A stretch of DNA of 64,000 bases from Narcine bancroftii (taxonomy: Eukaryota). Position 1 is the stretch's first letter; every line of letters starts with the position of its first letter. The DNA lies in contig NC_091471.1 of the NCBI RefSeq assembly GCF_036971445.1, positions 342,488,001 through 342,552,000 of the forward strand, given 5' to 3'. Below the pieces are notes generated by a model, which saw only the letters and a list, made by a program, of their open reading frames with translations, did not search any database and had not been told where the DNA came from. Of the stretch, positions 62,401 to 64,000 are shown piece after piece. The position numbers and the translations under genes are program-made.

Positions 62401-63489
62401 CCTGTTTTATACCTTTTAATTTTTTTAAAATTTAAATGCATCATAATTTTTTTGGTCATAAATGTAGCAAAATTTTATTTTTATTATTATCATCCATGTG
62501 CCTTTCCTTCTTGTCCTTCCAGCATCTGGTCCAGCTGGTGTCAGCCTCAGACAATCGTAATGCCAGTGGCTCCGTTTTATCATCACTCAGCATATAATGT
62601 CAGAAGAGTGCCTTCTACCACACATGCTGGGTTCTTTCCAGTTCCCACAACAACCATCTGTAAGAACCGGGAATGAGCTTACAACAAGGGGCTTGTCATG
62701 ATAAACCCACCACAATGGTATATCTGTAACTGCATAGAATTACATGACATGAACTCATCAATGCTGCGGTTCATAGGATATCTAAACCTCATCCCTCCCT
62801 GATTCCTTTAATCAAACCTAAAACCAGATCTGCTGATTCCTTTCTCCCTCTGACAGATATACTCACAACCCTTTATACAAAGCGAAGTTTCCACTATCAT
62901 CTGTGACCTTGCAATACAATTTTAAATTATTCATTAAAAGATGAAAATTTCGTCAAAAATCTGTACAAAATGTAAATGTATTACATGATAGGATATCTTC
63001 TGTGAATAAATTTAAAAGAAATGATGATTACTTTAACTACTGCCAATGTATTTCAATGTACATTTGTGATATCTTTTGTATTCAGGGACCTTTTGGCCTC
63101 TCTTTGGTTTCTAGGGATGTCGGTGTGTAAGCTGTACAATTTAACATTATTTCAATGTTCAATAATAACTTAAGAATGTAATGTCTGTGAAATTGGGTGG
63201 TTTCAAGCCAGTGGCAGCCTTACTTGGGTCTTTTAAGTTCGAGGCTGAGACATATTAGCCAGCAATCTACCCATTGCAAAAGGAGTCAGCATACTTTCTG
63301 AAGGGAAATTGGGGTGGTCAATTAAAAAATTAATGACAGAGTTGCTGTCACGGCAGTGCTGCCGCTGGTGCAGACCCAGGAGAGCGGTTCTGGAATTCTC
63401 TGCAACTGTAGCATGGTCCACTGTCACTATCTTTCAAAGATCAAATTCATATAGTTGAGATCACATAAACAGCAGACATATTAGGAAAG

Positions 63490-64000
63490 ATCACAATCTC
63501 CGGATAGGTCGATAGAGAATCAAAAACCAGCAAGTGATTATTTCCATCCATGTCCCAACTTTCTCCTGGTAAGTATGGGCTCCTTTGTCAGCTTTGTATG
63601 ATGTTTCAAACAGGTCTTGCAGCTTGAAACCATTCTTGTCAATGCCAGCATTTATAAACAGCATATCTGGCCTTCCTCTTCCATTTTCCATTCCAAGGTC
63701 CCCCTTATGCACCCTTTTCAGCATCTCTTGTTGCAGCGAATGAAGAACGATAATGCAGCTCTGTCTAAATAGAAGCCCATTGACAACACTCAGCTCAGCT
63801 CTGATGTTGTACTATGGCTGACATTCACCTCTAGGCCATCCTTCATTCAGATTCTTGATGACCTTCTGTAGAACTGTGTCCTTTTCTGTTCCAGCTGCGA
63901 GCTGCTTGGATTTCATGTCAGATATGGGAAGAGATTCAGTGATAGGTTCACATCTGTCTTTTTTCAACTCTCATTGTGTGCTTCACTCTGCGCCATTTCC
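63490..64000 (-). mobile_element. Second Gypsy (Mag/K02A2.6-like) integrase N-terminal remnant, running off the window edge
   Basis: Reverse complement reads KDTVLQKVIKNLNEGWP...IRAELSVVNGLLFRQSCIIV..SLQQEMLKRVHKGDLGME. Confidence 0.8.

Overview
This is AT-rich vertebrate genomic DNA. The repeat content (V-domain SINEs, CR1, Rex1/Babar-like, RTE, Penelope-like) points to a cartilaginous fish, probably a ray; the taxon is inferred. I recognise no host protein-coding gene, so the window looks intergenic or deep-intronic, and the recognisable ORFs in the track are transposon remnants. Main contents: (i) a structurally complete but degenerate 4.3-kb Gypsy LTR retrotransposon (19340-23623, 5-bp TSD); (ii) several solo LTRs; (iii) seven pieces of a young RTE family; (iv) three Rex1-like and many CR1 remnants; (v) Penelope-like elements with hammerhead-ribozyme motifs; (vi) V-SINEs and one tRNA-Thr-headed SINE; (vii) Tigger, hAT and Harbinger-like MITEs; (viii) a second Gypsy integrase running off the right edge. 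The most striking signal is that the Gypsy element has no tRNA primer-binding site. Instead, the 21 nt after its 5' LTR are complementary (18/21) to the LTR segment carrying AATAAA, which suggests self-priming and/or occlusion of the 5' poly(A) signal. Its RT also reads YLDN rather than YxDD. All calls were made by eye, and boundaries of old repeats are approximate.
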